Positions 24,663 through 37,596 of a stretch of 64,000 bases of DNA are shown here, one piece after another. How positions within the stretch are numbered: position 1 is the stretch's first letter; the number at the start of each line of letters is the position of its first letter. Source of the DNA: Hemiscyllium ocellatum (lineage: Eukaryota); NCBI RefSeq assembly GCF_020745735.1, contig NC_083453.1:17615849-17679848 (forward strand), given 5' to 3'. The translations under genes were made by a program, and so were the position numbers. The notes beneath the pieces are model-generated. The model saw only the letters and a list, made by a program, of their open reading frames with translations. It searched no databases and was not told the DNA's origin.

Positions 24663-25019
24663 AACCAACAGTCTCTCGAAGCAGTTCATTGTCAGAGGTT
24701 ATCCATCCCCGAAGTACTGCATTTAGTGCAGTGGTTCACATGTTTGGATTCACTTCATGTCTGCTGTTCAGAACATCTTAGTGAGCCTGTTCACATTTCA
24801 TAGTCTTTTGACATGAAGTTGACATTGACATCTTAACCAGTGCACCAAAGAAAGTAAACTTTATAAAGGTTTGGGTTTGTGGGAAAAGCAGTCAAGTAAC
24901 TCATGCTATCTTTGTTGGTATCTTTAAAATGGTGAAGTAAAGCCAGGCTTTCGCTGTTGAACTCTGTTTCGATATTATGTACAACATTGTATTGGGGATT
25001 TACTTTTCCTGTCTGACTC

Positions 25020-25025
25020 AATAAA
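25020..25025 (+). terminator. polyadenylation signal AATAAA, copy 1
   Basis: ~360 nt after the stop codon; conserved in copies 2 and 3. Confidence 0.65.
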
Positions 25026-28000
25026 TGTCTCGTCTGCACACCTGGATTGCTTTTTGAACAGCACATTATTAAGTTCACAAAAAGAACAATTTTCATCCTG
25101 AGTTGTGAAATTCAAGAACTATCCATTCCTATACCATTAACTTTCAAGAAATATTACGATATTTAGAAAGATGACACTGTATTTTGTCCATCAACTGACA
25201 GCACAAGTACATCATCACTGAAACTATTCAGTCCAACATCACTGAAACCATTGTTATGGACTAGACCCGCTCCCCTCAAAATATTTTAAGAAGGTAGCCT
25301 CGACTCAAACTTGTTCTTATTATAACAGTGAATGTAAAACACCTGTTCCAGATGCAATGCGAATTGTCAAACGACTTGATGTTAAGCTGTAGTTAAAATA
25401 CAATCAAAGAAAGACAAACTGAGAATGACTTAACTTGATTGGAAAACTTAATAGGATAATAGGTCCAGTAACTATTACGCATTAACTGTTCAGGTGTAGC
25501 AACATCCCACAAACAGCAAAAAGAAATAAAATCAGATACTGATTCACGCATGCACTTCTGCAACTCAGGAGGAAGAGAAACATTAATGGGAAATTCAGAG
25601 AGAGTGGCAGCCAGGAGACATTCACTGAAGCTTCCAACTATGTTCAGAAACCAATAGTTTCCGATATTACTGAAAAAAAATCGAAAACCCAGATACCTGT
25701 GAGAGTTGGACAAACCTATTCAGGCTTTTCTTCAGAAAACAAAATACCACTCAGTACAAAATCACTGAAACCACTCAGTACACACTCACTGCCACCACAG
25801 AACACAATCACTGAAACCACTCAGTACACACTCACTGACACCACAGAACACATTCACTGAAACCACTCAGTACACACTCACTGACACCACTCAGTACACA
25901 CACACTGAAACCACTCAGTACACACTCACTGACACCACTCAGTACACACTCACTGACACCACTCAGTACACACAGACTGAAACCAGTCAGTACACACTCA
26001 CTGACACCACTCAGTACACACTCACTGACACCACTCAATACACACACACTGAAACCACTCAGTACACATTCACTGGCACCACTCAGTACACATTCACTGA
26101 CACCATTCAGTACACACTCACTGGCACCACTCAGTTTACACTCATTGACACCACAGTACACATTCACTGACACCACTCTGTACACACTCACTGACACCAC
26201 CCAGTACGCATTCACTGGCTCCACCCAGTGCACACTCACTGACACCACAGAACACATTTACTGACACCATGCATTACACACTCACTGAAACCACTCAGTA
26301 CGCACTCACTGACACCACAGTACACATTCACTGACACCATTCTGTACACACTCACTGACACCATTCTGTACACACTCACTGACACAACTCAGTACACACT
26401 CACTGACACCACAGTACACATTCACTGACACCATTCTGTACACACTCACTGACACAACTCAGTACACACTCACTGACACCACAGTACACATTCACTGACA
26501 CCACCCAGTACACACTCACTGACACCACAGTACACATTCACTGACACGACTCTCTACACACTCACTGAAACCACTCTCTACACACTCACTGACAACACTC
26601 AGTACACACTCACTGACACCATTCAGTACACACTCACTGGCTCCACTCAGTTTACACTCATTGACACCACAGTACACATTCACTGACACCACTCTGTACA
26701 CACTCACTGACACCACTCAGTACGCATTCGCTGGCACCACTCAGTTTACACTCATTGACACCACAGAACACATTCACTGACACCACTCTGTACACACTCA
26801 CTGACACCACCCAGTACGCATTCACTGGCACTACTCAGTACACACTCACTGGCACCACCCAGTACACACTCACTGACACCACAGAACACATTCACTGACA
26901 CCATACAGTACACACTCATTGACACCACTCAGTACACACTCACTGACACTACAGTACACATTCACTGACACCACTCTGTACACACTCACTGGCACCATTC
27001 ACTACACACTCACGAGCACCACCCAGTACACACTTACAGACACCACTTAGTACAATCACTGGCACCACCCAGTACACACTCACTGACACCACTCAGTACA
27101 CACTCGCTGACACCACTCTGTAGACACTCAGTTGCACCACGCAGTATACACGCATTGACACCACTCAGTACACAATCACTGTCACCACACAGTACGCACT
27201 CACAGACACCATGCAGGACACACTCACTGACACCACGCAGTACACAATCATTGACACCACTCTGTACACACTCACTAGCACCACACAGTACACACTCACT
27301 GGCACCACTCCGTACACACTCATTGACACCAGAGTACACCTTCACTGACACCACACTGTACACACTCACTGACACCACTCAGTACAAACTCACTTACACC
27401 ACAGTGCACATTCACTGACACCACTCAGTACACATTCGCTGGCACCTCCCAGTACACACTCACTGGCACCATGCATTACACACACATTGACACTACTCAG
27501 TACACACTCACTGACCCCACACAGTACACAATCACTGACACCATTCAGTACACACTTACTGACACCACTTAGTACACATTCACTGGCACCACCCAGTACA
27601 CACTCACTGGCACCACCCAGTACACACTCACTGACACCAGGCAGTACACAATTACTGACACCACAGTACACACTCACTGACACCACAGTACACACTCACT
27701 GGCACCACTCTGTAGACACTCAGTTGCATCACACAGTACACACTCATTGACACCACTCAGTACATACTCACTGGCACCACTCTGTAGACACTCACTGACA
27801 CCACTCAGTACACAATCACTGACACCACTCTGTAGACATTCAGTGGCACCACGCAGTACACACTCATTGACACCACACAGTACACACTCACTGACACCAC
27901 ACAGTACACACTCACTGACACCACAGTACACAATCACTGACACCACAGTGCACATTCACTGACACCACAGTACGCACATTCACTGACGCCACTCAGTACA

Positions 28001-28145
28001 CATTCGCTGGCACCACCCGGTACACACTCACTGGCACCATGCATTACACACACATTGACACTATTCAGTACACACTCACTGACACAATTCTGTATACAAT
28101 CACTGACACCACACAATACACACTCACTGACCCCACGCAGCGCAG

Positions 28146-28274
28146 TTTCCTGATGAAGGGCTTATGCTCGAAACGTCGAATTCTCTATTCCTGAGATGCT
28201 GCCTAACCTGCTGTGCTTTGACCAGCAACACATTTGCAGCTGTGATCTCCAGCATCTGCAGACCTCATTTTTTA
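28146..28274 (+). mobile_element. Penelope-type insertion unique to spacer 1
   Basis: absent at the equivalent sites (~40088, ~51840); 9-bp TSD cccacgcag (28132-28140 and 28275-28283) plus an extra cgcag; same family as 11852. Confidence 0.88.
28147..28180 (+). ncRNA. minimal type I hammerhead ribozyme motif (Penelope-type)
   Basis: ttc-CTGATGA-A-GGGC(ttat)GCTC-GAAA-CG-TC/gaa: complete core, 4-bp helix II, palindromic ACGT helix III, 3-bp helix I. Confidence 0.6.
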
Positions 28275-29339
28275 CCCACGCAGTACACAATCACTGACAC
28301 CACTCAGTACACAATCACTGACACCACTTAGTACACACTTACTGACACCACTTAGAACAGATTCGCTGGCACCACCCAGTACAAACTCACTGACACTACT
28401 CAGTACACAATCACTGACACCACTCTGTAGACACTCAGTGGCACCACGCAGTACACACTCATTGACACCACACAGTACACACTCACTGACACCACACAGT
28501 ACACACTCACTGACACCACTCTGTAGACATTCACTGGCACCACGCAGTACACACTCATTGACACCACTCAGTACACACTCACTGGCACCATGCATTACAC
28601 ACACATTGACACTATTCAGTACACACTCACTGACACCATTCTGTACACAATCACTGACAGTACACAATACACATTCACTGACCCCACGCAGTACACAATC
28701 ACTGACACCACGCAGTACATGCTCATTGACACCACGCAGTACACATTCACTGGCACCACCCAGTACACACTCACTGACACCACGCAGTACACAATCACTG
28801 ACACCACACAGTACACACTTACTGACACCACTCAGTACACATTCGCTGGCACCACCCAGCACACACTCACTGGCACCATGCATTACACACACATTGACAC
28901 TATTCAGTACACACTCACTGACACCATTCTGTATACAATCACTGACAGTACACAATACACATTCACTGACCCCACGCAGTACACAATCACTGACACCACG
29001 CAGTACATGCTCACTGACACCATGCAGTACACATTCACTGGCACCACCCAGTACACACTCACTGGCACCACCCAGTACACACTCACTGACACCACTCAAT
29101 ACACACTCACTGGCACCACTCAGTACACAATCACTGGCACCACCCAGTACACACTCACTGGCACCACCCAGTACACACTCACTGACACCACTCAATACAC
29201 ACTCACTGGCACCACTCAGTACACAATCACTGGCACCACTCAGTACACAATCACTTGCACCACTCAGTACACAATCAATGATGCCACTTAGTACGCACTC
29301 ACTGACGGTACTTAATTTATGATTATTGTAAATACTTGA

Positions 29340-29560
29340 GCATCAATTAGCTCAGTCGATTGGGCACTTAGTTTGTGACGCGGACTGATGTCAACAACAC
29401 ACATCGACTACTCGCACTGGCTGCAGTTCCCATGAAGATGCTGTCTTCTCAAGCCTTGCCTGGGGCTTGGTGACCCTGTGGTTAAGCTGACAACCAGCTT
29501 TTTCTCTGATGAATCGGGGAGGAGGGAGGAGGGGCTATGACGTTTCCATGGTACTGTTAC
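29340..29560 (+). mobile_element. old tRNA-derived SINE fragment (repeated at ~41097 and ~52849)
   Basis: tagctcagtcg A-box-like head, degenerate body. Confidence 0.45.
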
Positions 29561-29789
29561 CATGCGAAATGTGCGACCAGGAGGAAAGGCAAAATGGCAG
29601 ATCAGGACCATGTCCCAGACATGTTCTCGATCAAATCTCTGATGCTGATGGGTTCCACTGTAGATAGGTCCCCTCCATCCCAACTGTGTAAACCTGGACT
29701 GCAGTGAGACCTAGTTTGAGGGGAAGAATGTAGAATACCTTTTGAGTGCACATTGGGTCAGATTTGAAATTACATATTCAATGTTTACA

Positions 29790-31295
29790 ATTCTCTGTTG
29801 GTGCGAGTCTCTGTCTATTGCAAATTCTTCTGCACTCTTTAAAGTTTAATAACATCCTTTCTATAGCAAGGTGACCAAACCTGAACATAATACTCCAAGT
29901 GTGTCCTCGCCAACGTCCTGTACAACTGCAACTTAACCTCCTGACTTCTACACTCAAAGCCATGTCTGATGAAGGCCAGTGTACCAAAGACCTTCTTCAC
30001 TGACCTATCTGCCTGTGACTCTAAAGAGGATTGATAGACCGGTGGATGTGATCTCTATGTACTCCAGTACGGCGCTTGATAAGGTTCCCCATGGGAGACT
30101 GGTCAGCAAGGTTAGATCTCATGGAATACAGGGAGAACGAGCCATTTGGATACAGAACTGGCTCAAAGGTAGTAGACAGAGGGTGGTGGTGGAGGGTTGC
30201 TTTGCAGACTGGAGCCTGTGACCAGAGGAGTGCCACAAGATCAGTGCTGGGTCCACTACATTTTGTCATTTATATCGATGATTTGGATGTTAACACTGGT
30301 GTTATAGTTAGTAAGTTTGCAGATGACACCAAAATTGGAGGTGCAGTGGACAGTGAAGTAGGTTATCTCAGAGCACAATGGGATCTTGATCAGATGGGCC
30401 AATGGGCTGAAGAGTGGCAGATGGAGTTTAATTCAGATAAATGTGAAGTGTTGCATTTTGGAAAGCCAATCATATCAGGACTTATACACTTAATGGTAAG
30501 GTCCTGGGGAGAGTAGCTGAGCAAAGAGACCTTGGAGTACAGGTTCATAGCTCCTTGAAATTAGAGTCACAGATAGATAGGATAGTGAAGAAGGCATTTG
30601 GTGTGCCTTCCTTTATTGGTCAGAGTATTGAGTACAGGAGTTGGGAGGTCATGTTGCAGCTGCGCAGGACTGTGGTTCGGCCACTGTTGGAATACTGTGT
30701 CCAATTCTGGTCTCCTCCTATCGGAAAGATGTTGTGAAACTTGAACGGGTTCAGAAAAGAAGGATGTTGCCAGGGTTGGAGAGTTTGAGCTGTAGGGAGA
30801 GGCTGAACAGGCAGAGGCAGCTTTTTCATGCAGAGGGTTGTGCGTGTATGGAACGAGCTGCCAGAGGAAGTGGTCGAGGCTGGTATAATTCCAGCATTGA
30901 AAAAGGTATCTGGATGGGTATATGAATAGGAAGGGTTCAGAGGGATATGGGCCAAGTGCTGGCAAATGGGCCCATTTGAGGTTGGGATATCTGGCCGGCA
31001 TGGCCGAGTTGGACCGAAGAGTCTGTTTCCGTGCTGTACATCTCTATGAGTCTATGTCTCCACTTTCAGAGAACCATGCACCGGAACTCCAAGGTCCCTC
31101 TGTTCCACTACACTCCTTAAGGCCCCAGCATTCAACACGAAACTCCTACCTTGATCTGACTTTCCAAGATGCAAGACTCACACTTCCCTCCAATAACCTC
31201 AGCCCACTTCCCCAGCTGATCAAGGTCCTGTTGCAGTTTCTGATAACCTTCCTCAGTGTCCACCATCCCGCCTATTTTAGTCTCATCTGCAAAAT
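29790..31295. mobile_element. nested CR1s: + strand 5'-truncated CR1 (~30023-31056) inside an older - strand CR1
   Basis: ALDKVPHGRLVSKVRSHGI, SKFADDTKIGG, VRPLLEYCVQFWSP; flanks 29790-30021 and 31057-31295 join into one antisense CR1 collinear with 4380-4800. Confidence 0.88.
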
Positions 31296-32832
31296 TGTAC
31301 TTCTTGCATTTAAAAAGATGTGAGCAAAATACTCACCAACGAATCACTTCCCCAGGTCACTGCAATGTCCCTTTTTATTTTCCTCAGGGTGCATGGGGGA
31401 TTGGCGATGGGGGAGAGGGAGCATGCAACGTTTCACAGCACATTGATTGATCAAAACGGCGAGTTCGTTAATTTCCGGCTGGCAGACTGACACTTCCTTG
31501 GAGGCCTGCAGAGGTAGAAGACTCACAAGTGACTCACTAAAGATAGCAACTGGACTCAAAGGTTCAGACTTTATGCTACTTGAACGGGTCATTGGGAGGC
31601 AGAGGAGAGGAGCACAGGTTTAAACAGGAAAAGAGGAACAAAAGGTTGAATGCTGGGCTGCTCTCCTTTTCCCTGTCTTCCTGTGAAATCAGGCCCCAAA
31701 TTGCATGATCCAGAATGGGTTCAGATTTTTAAATAGATCACCCAGAAATAAATTCCAACCTGGGGTGTCTGCAGCACTACACGGGAGTAGCACAGCACCC
31801 AGTCACTGCTGGCCTGGCTGGTGATTCTGCTCCCTCCTGAATGAATCACCAAAAATGGACGCTTTGGTTTTCCTTTGAACCCTTTCGAAAGGATTGGTTC
31901 CCCAAATCTATCAATCGACCTTCCAGCAGACATTGTGAGGCAACTCTAGAGCAAGTGAGACTGGCTCAGAGGTAGGGACAGTACCACTGAACTACAACGT
32001 TTACAATTGATGCTGGCTGGGGAATAATGGGCGCTGGGAGCTGTCGTCAATTCGCCCATTTCACCAGTTGGTGGAGCCACTAGAACACAATCCCCAGGAA
32101 ACTGTGTGTCTGAGAAAGAGGAATCTTCCAAACGCCTGTTACACTCTGCTCTTTGTATCCTGTCAGCCTGAACAAGTAGCAAAACAGCTCAGTACTCCCA
32201 ACTTTGTCAGCAAGGCTCACATTCAACTTCAATTCATACTGTCAACATCAGAAAACCGCTCAAACAGACAACTTTTTAAGCAATAAAGACACATTTGTCG
32301 CGAAAAGGCAGCCTCTGGTTGGGCGGATCAACTTGTAAATGTTCAAAGCGGGCGGAGCTGGAGGGATGCCCAGAGTCTCTGAGGGTTGGAGGGAGCCCAG
32401 ACAGGGAGAGGAAAAGTGGGTATTGTCCACAAGGAGTGCTATAACATGGAGAGGAGTGCGAGCCCCCCTTGGATCTGGGGGGTCCCGGGCATTGAGTGAA
32501 CAGGGACTGTTGGATGTGGGCAATGAGGGGGGCGGGGGGAGAATGGGTGACCGTTCAGGAGGGGACTGGGCTAGCAGCACACACTGCCGAGTTGAGGAAA
32601 GGCCTGAGACAGCTGATGACAGAGAGTGGGCGTCGTGTCTGGGAGGAGAGAGGGGGGGGGGGGGGTGGGCTGGGCTCCGCAAACGGACCCGTTCCTCCTC
32701 CCCATCCCCCTTCCCAGCCCCCGGGGGCACAGGGTGGCGGCTTGTTCCTTCCCTCTGTCGGCTGCTTCATTCAGGGCGGCTCCTTGTCAGCTGCCAGTCC
32801 CTTGGCCAGCCCCCTCACACATCCCACTGGGA

Positions 32833-32840
32833 CATATAAG
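32833..32840 (+). promoter_or_regulatory. TATA box, copy 2
   Basis: CATATAAG, same spacing as copy 1. Confidence 0.7.
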
Positions 32841-32949
32841 CAGCCGGGACAGCCCTTAGCTCCACCGAGCCGTTCAGTTTCGGAGTGTGCTCTCTCTCTC
32901 TCTCTCTGTCTCTGAGTGTGGGTCTGTCCACCCCCTGAACAACCTCGAA

Positions 32950-35900
32950 ATGTCAAAGTCCATCATCACCACCACCACCACCAGCAGCAAAAGGAGCGGA
33001 GGGATAAGAACTGGAGGGAGCATGTATGGATCCGGGATGTCCTCCGGCCTCAATCGGTTGGGAAGCGGAGGGAGTTTTCAGACTTCCAGGCGTGCCCAAA
33101 GTGTGGTCCTGGGACCAACCCAGAGATTGTCAACCTCCCGATTCTCCACTGGCTCTCGGATGTCCAATATCGGATATAGCGGTGCTTTGGGCAGCGGCAG
33201 AATCAGTGCAATAGGAGGGGGCTCCAGCAGGATGGGCCTCGGGGGAATGGGGATTAGTTCCCAGGGACTGATCCAGAGAACCGCTGCCCTGGACCTGAAC
33301 GCGCCTTTACCCCAAATCGACACCACTCAGAACATTGTCCGCTTGCAGGAGAGCCAGCAGCTCCAGGGACTCAACAACCAATTCGTTGATTTCCTTACCA
33401 AGGTAATGCTCAGTGGGGTCCAGGCGGGTGGGTTTCTAACCTGGGGGCTCTCTGTGGGGGGTCTTTCCTCTCTTGTCTTCAATGTCTCTCCATCTCACCC
33501 CCCCGCCAGGTTCGGCATTTGGAACAGGTCAATACTCAGCTGAGTATCAAACTGAAACTTCTGCAGGATCAAGGCGAATACAAATCCAACATCGAGAGTA
33601 TGTTTCAGTCCTACATTGACAATCTCAAGAACCAACTGGACACACTTCGCAAAGAGAAGGAGAGGTTCGATGCCGAACTGCTCCAAATGCAAGGGCTGGT
33701 CGAGGATTACAAGAGCAGGTGAGTGAGCTGCTGCCGAACTTGGTCCCGGATCGGTTCGGAGGCGGGTTCCTGTCGGAACCAAACCAAATGCCAGCTGCAG
33801 AATGAGCTCCCTGTGCCAAACAGACACAATGTGGGCTGGGGGAACGGGCTGCAGAGTTGTTCTGTCGGTGCTACTGAACTGCACACGGCCGGGCTGTTTG
33901 TCATCTGGGAAACCCCGGCAGCGGGACTGATCCGGCTCAGAACATGGTTTGACAGGGGGAAAGGGGGGTCGAGTTGGTGGCGGCATGGGGAGGCGAAGGA
34001 TAGCGGGGACACAGACAACCAGGGAGTGTGATAGGGACGGGGCAGAAAGACTTGAGCCTCGGTAAAACAATCTCTTTCATTCCAGATACGAAGATGAAAT
34101 CAACAAGCGCACAGAGATGGAAAATGAGTTTGTCCTGGTCAAGAAGGTGAATGTTACAAAGCCACAGGCTCCACTTCTCCGTTTGTGGGCACCTTTGGTC
34201 AGTTTTATCCAAGTCTTTTCTCTCTGTGCCCTTTAGGATGTCGATGACTCGTACATGAGTAAGGTGGAGCTGGAAGCGAAACTGGAAGCTCTGACCGATG
34301 AAATTGAATTCCTGCGGAGTATCTATGAAGAGGTAAATATCTGCCTTGTCCCACCAGCACTCCTTTTCCCAATCTTCTCTCCATTCAAGTCTCATGCAAT
34401 GTAACCCGAATGGTTTCCAATCACCTTCCAATCTTTCTCCCCGTGTCCTTCCCCTCCCCCCGGCCGTCTGTAGGAACTCCGGGAGCTCCAGGCTCAGATC
34501 CAGAATACATGTGTCAACGTGCAATTGGAGGGTGGTCCCAGGTTCAATGCGCAGGAGATCTTAGACATGGCCAGGAAACAGTATGAAGCTTGTGCCCAGC
34601 AAGGCCGCGAAGATGCGGAAGTTTGGAAACGGACCAAGGTGAAGCTTCCTATTCTTTGGCCCATCTTTCTGACTCGGGCAGGAGCGTGAACTGTGGGACT
34701 AACTCGTTGTCAATATCTGTTTGCAGATGCAGGAACTGTCCATGGCGGCTGGACAAAGTGGCGATGATATCAGTGTGCTGAAGTCAGAGATAAGGCAGAC
34801 AACAGAGCAGATCCGGAGAATGAATGGAGACATTGACAACCTGAAAAAAGAGGTAGGTACAAGTCTAAAATCAATCTGAACATTGAAAAACACCTTTAAC
34901 CACCTCTCTCTCTCCCTGTCTGTCTCTCTGTCTTCACTCCCTGTCTCACACCATCCAAAAAGCAATCATTCGTTCAGAAGCGATTGAAGGGTCGGCTGAA
35001 TGCAGTCCATTTCTAACCGCCTTGGGGGGGGTCTCACTGTTGTCTTTCCCGATGGGAATGTGTTGCTGGTCAGTCAGCAATCCACACCGTCCCGCTTTTC
35101 CCAAATCATGGGGAGGAGGGCGAGCCTTTTTGTTTTGCCAAAGTCTGGCTCGGAGCACTCGGGCTGAGCCTCAAACACTGAAGGAACTGACCAAATGAAT
35201 CTTGATGTTCCTCAGCGTGTGAGACTGGAGGAAGCAATCCGGGAAGCGGAGGACCGCGGGGACATGTCTCTGAAAGACTGTAAGCTTCAGATTTCGAAAC
35301 TGGAAGATGCCATCTGCAAAGCTCAGCATGAACTTTCCGCACAATGCAAGGAATACGAACACCTGATGGGCATCAAGCTGGCACTGGACATTGAGATCAA
35401 CACCTACATGAAAATACTGGACACAGAGGAGACGAGGTAAGATCAGGGGTACTTGCTAATCGCAGCCATCACATGGAGTCCTGTGCAGGCAAATTCCAGT
35501 CTGCACTTGCAGTTGACTGGGAACTCTGATCCCTGAGAATGGAATGAGATGGAATGCAGGCAGTGTGAAGGTGATGGTGGTTGTACAGTCAGTGACTGAC
35601 CTTCAGGTCCCACTGAAAGGTCAGGACCCCCACTCCTCACCCTCCAATTACTTGCTGGCATCTACTCCCTGTGGCAACAGTAACGACTGGGCACTTTGCC
35701 CAAGGGCAAGGGGCCTGACTGTGCCCATTCAGAAGTGTAGCCCAGGAGATGTGAGTGTCCCTGGGAGAGGGAGATACCTGAGGAAACAGAGGGAAGTCTG
35801 ACTGTGATTTCCTGTCATTGCCTGTTATAATCTGAGAATGTTTCCTTTCTCAACAGGATGGCAACTGGGGTAAAGACCCTCAACATCCAGCAAGTACAGA

Positions 35901-36508
35901 GCCAAGGTAAGAGAATGTCTGTTCTGAGTGAAGGTCGATGATTCTTTCTCCTCAGTATCTGCCCAGCTCCATTCCAATCAGCCATCATCACTCCCCACCT
36001 CACAAATCTGATGCTTTCACCATTTGACTTTGTAAAATGGTGCCGAATCTCCACCCTTTGCCATCCTATTTAACATCCCTGATTTACATCACCACACCAG
36101 CTTTCAGTGGTTAGGACTTGCTTCTATCAGTCCTCCCTTCTCTGTCTCCTTCTCCACAAACTAGATTTTCCTCCACCTTTTTCTGGTAGATTTCAAGGTG
36201 GAAATTGTTTTATTAAGCTCCTGCAAGACATCGTGGGCTATTGTACTACGCTAAAGATATGCTGTGAATTGTAGTCATCTTTTATGTTGCAATTGTTCGT
36301 TTAAATTGGAACACCCAGATAATACGACAAGTTTATTTTGACTCTGCCCCCTTTTCCAGGCGGGATGCAGCAAAGCATGGGCTTGGGAAGTGGATCGTCT
36401 GCCTTTCAGACCTCGCTGAGTTTAGGTATGAGTGACAGACCGATGTCGAGTGGACAAACTTCATATCAAGTGACGAGCACAGGACTGAGTCAACAAGGGT
36501 TCATTTAA
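32950..36508 (+). CDS. type II keratin (keratin-8-like), copy 2; 9 exons, 509 aa
   Basis: exons 32950-33402, 33510-33718, 34086-34146, 34237-34332, 34474-34638, 34727-34852, 35216-35436, 35857-35906, 36360-36508; N-terminus [13 protein letters not shown]; private G>S in the head; same tail as copy 1. Confidence 0.93.
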
Positions 36509-37596
36509 AACCAACAGTCTCTCGAAGCAGTTCATTGTCAGAGGTTATCCATCCCCGAAGTACTGCATTTAGTGCAGTGGTTCACATGTTTGGATTCACT
36601 TCATGTCTGCTGTTCAGAACATCTTAGTGAGCCTGTTCACATTTCATAGTCTTTTGACATGAAGTTGACATTGACATCTTAACCAGTGCACCAAAGAAAG
36701 TAAACTTTATAAAGGTTTGGGTTTGTGGGAAAAGCAGTCAAGTAACTCATGCTATCTTTGTTGGTATCTTTAAAATGGTGAAGTAAAGCCAGGCTTTCGC
36801 TGTTGAACTCTGTTTCGATATTATGTACAACATTGTATTGGGGATTTACTTTTCCTGTCTGACTCAATAAATGTCTCGTCTGCACACCTGGATTGCTTTT
36901 TGAACAGCACATTATTAGGTTCACAAAAAGAACAATTTTCATCCTGAGTTGTGAAATTCAAGAACTATCCATTCCTATACCATTAACTTTCAAGAAATAT
37001 TACGATATTTAGAAAGATGACACTGTATTTTGTCCATCAACTGACAGCACAAGTACATCATCACTGAAACTATTCAGTCCAACATCACTGAAACCATTGT
37101 TATGGACTAGACCCGCTCCCCTCAAAATATTTTAAGAAGGTAGCCTCGACTCAAACTTGTTCTTATTATAACAGTGAATGTAAAACACCTGTTCCAGATG
37201 CAATGCGAATTGTCAAACGACTTGATGTTAAGCTGTAGTTAAAATACAATCAAAGAAAGACAAACTGAGAATGACTTAACTTGATTGGAAAACTTAATAG
37301 GATAATAGGTCCAGTAACTATTACGCATTAACTGTTCAGGTGTAGCAACATCCCACAAACAGCAAAAAGAAATAAAATCAGATACTGATTCACGCATGCA
37401 CTTCTGCAACTCAGGAGGAAGAGAAACATTAATGGGAAATTCAGAGAGAGTGGCAGCCAGGAGACATTCACTGAAGCTTCCAACTATGTTCAGAAACCAA
37501 TAGTTTCCGATATTACTGAAAAAAAATCGAAAACCCAGATATCTGGACCTGTGAGAGTTGGACAAACCTATTCAGGCTTTTCTTCAGAAAACAAAA

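Larger units (their letters stand above)
25745..29310. repeat. 24/22-bp AC-rich minisatellite, spacer 1
   Basis: unit cagtacacactcactgacaccact, with 22-bp variant cagtacacattcactgacacca. Confidence 0.95.

Noticed and set aside
25252-25740. Possible LTR fragment starting tgttatggac before the minisatellite
   Set aside because: No second LTR, TSD or internal domain visible, so it cannot be supported from this window
32916-33179. Poly-His ORF overlapping exon 1
   Set aside because: Alternative frame of the (ACC)n Thr run; starts at GTG
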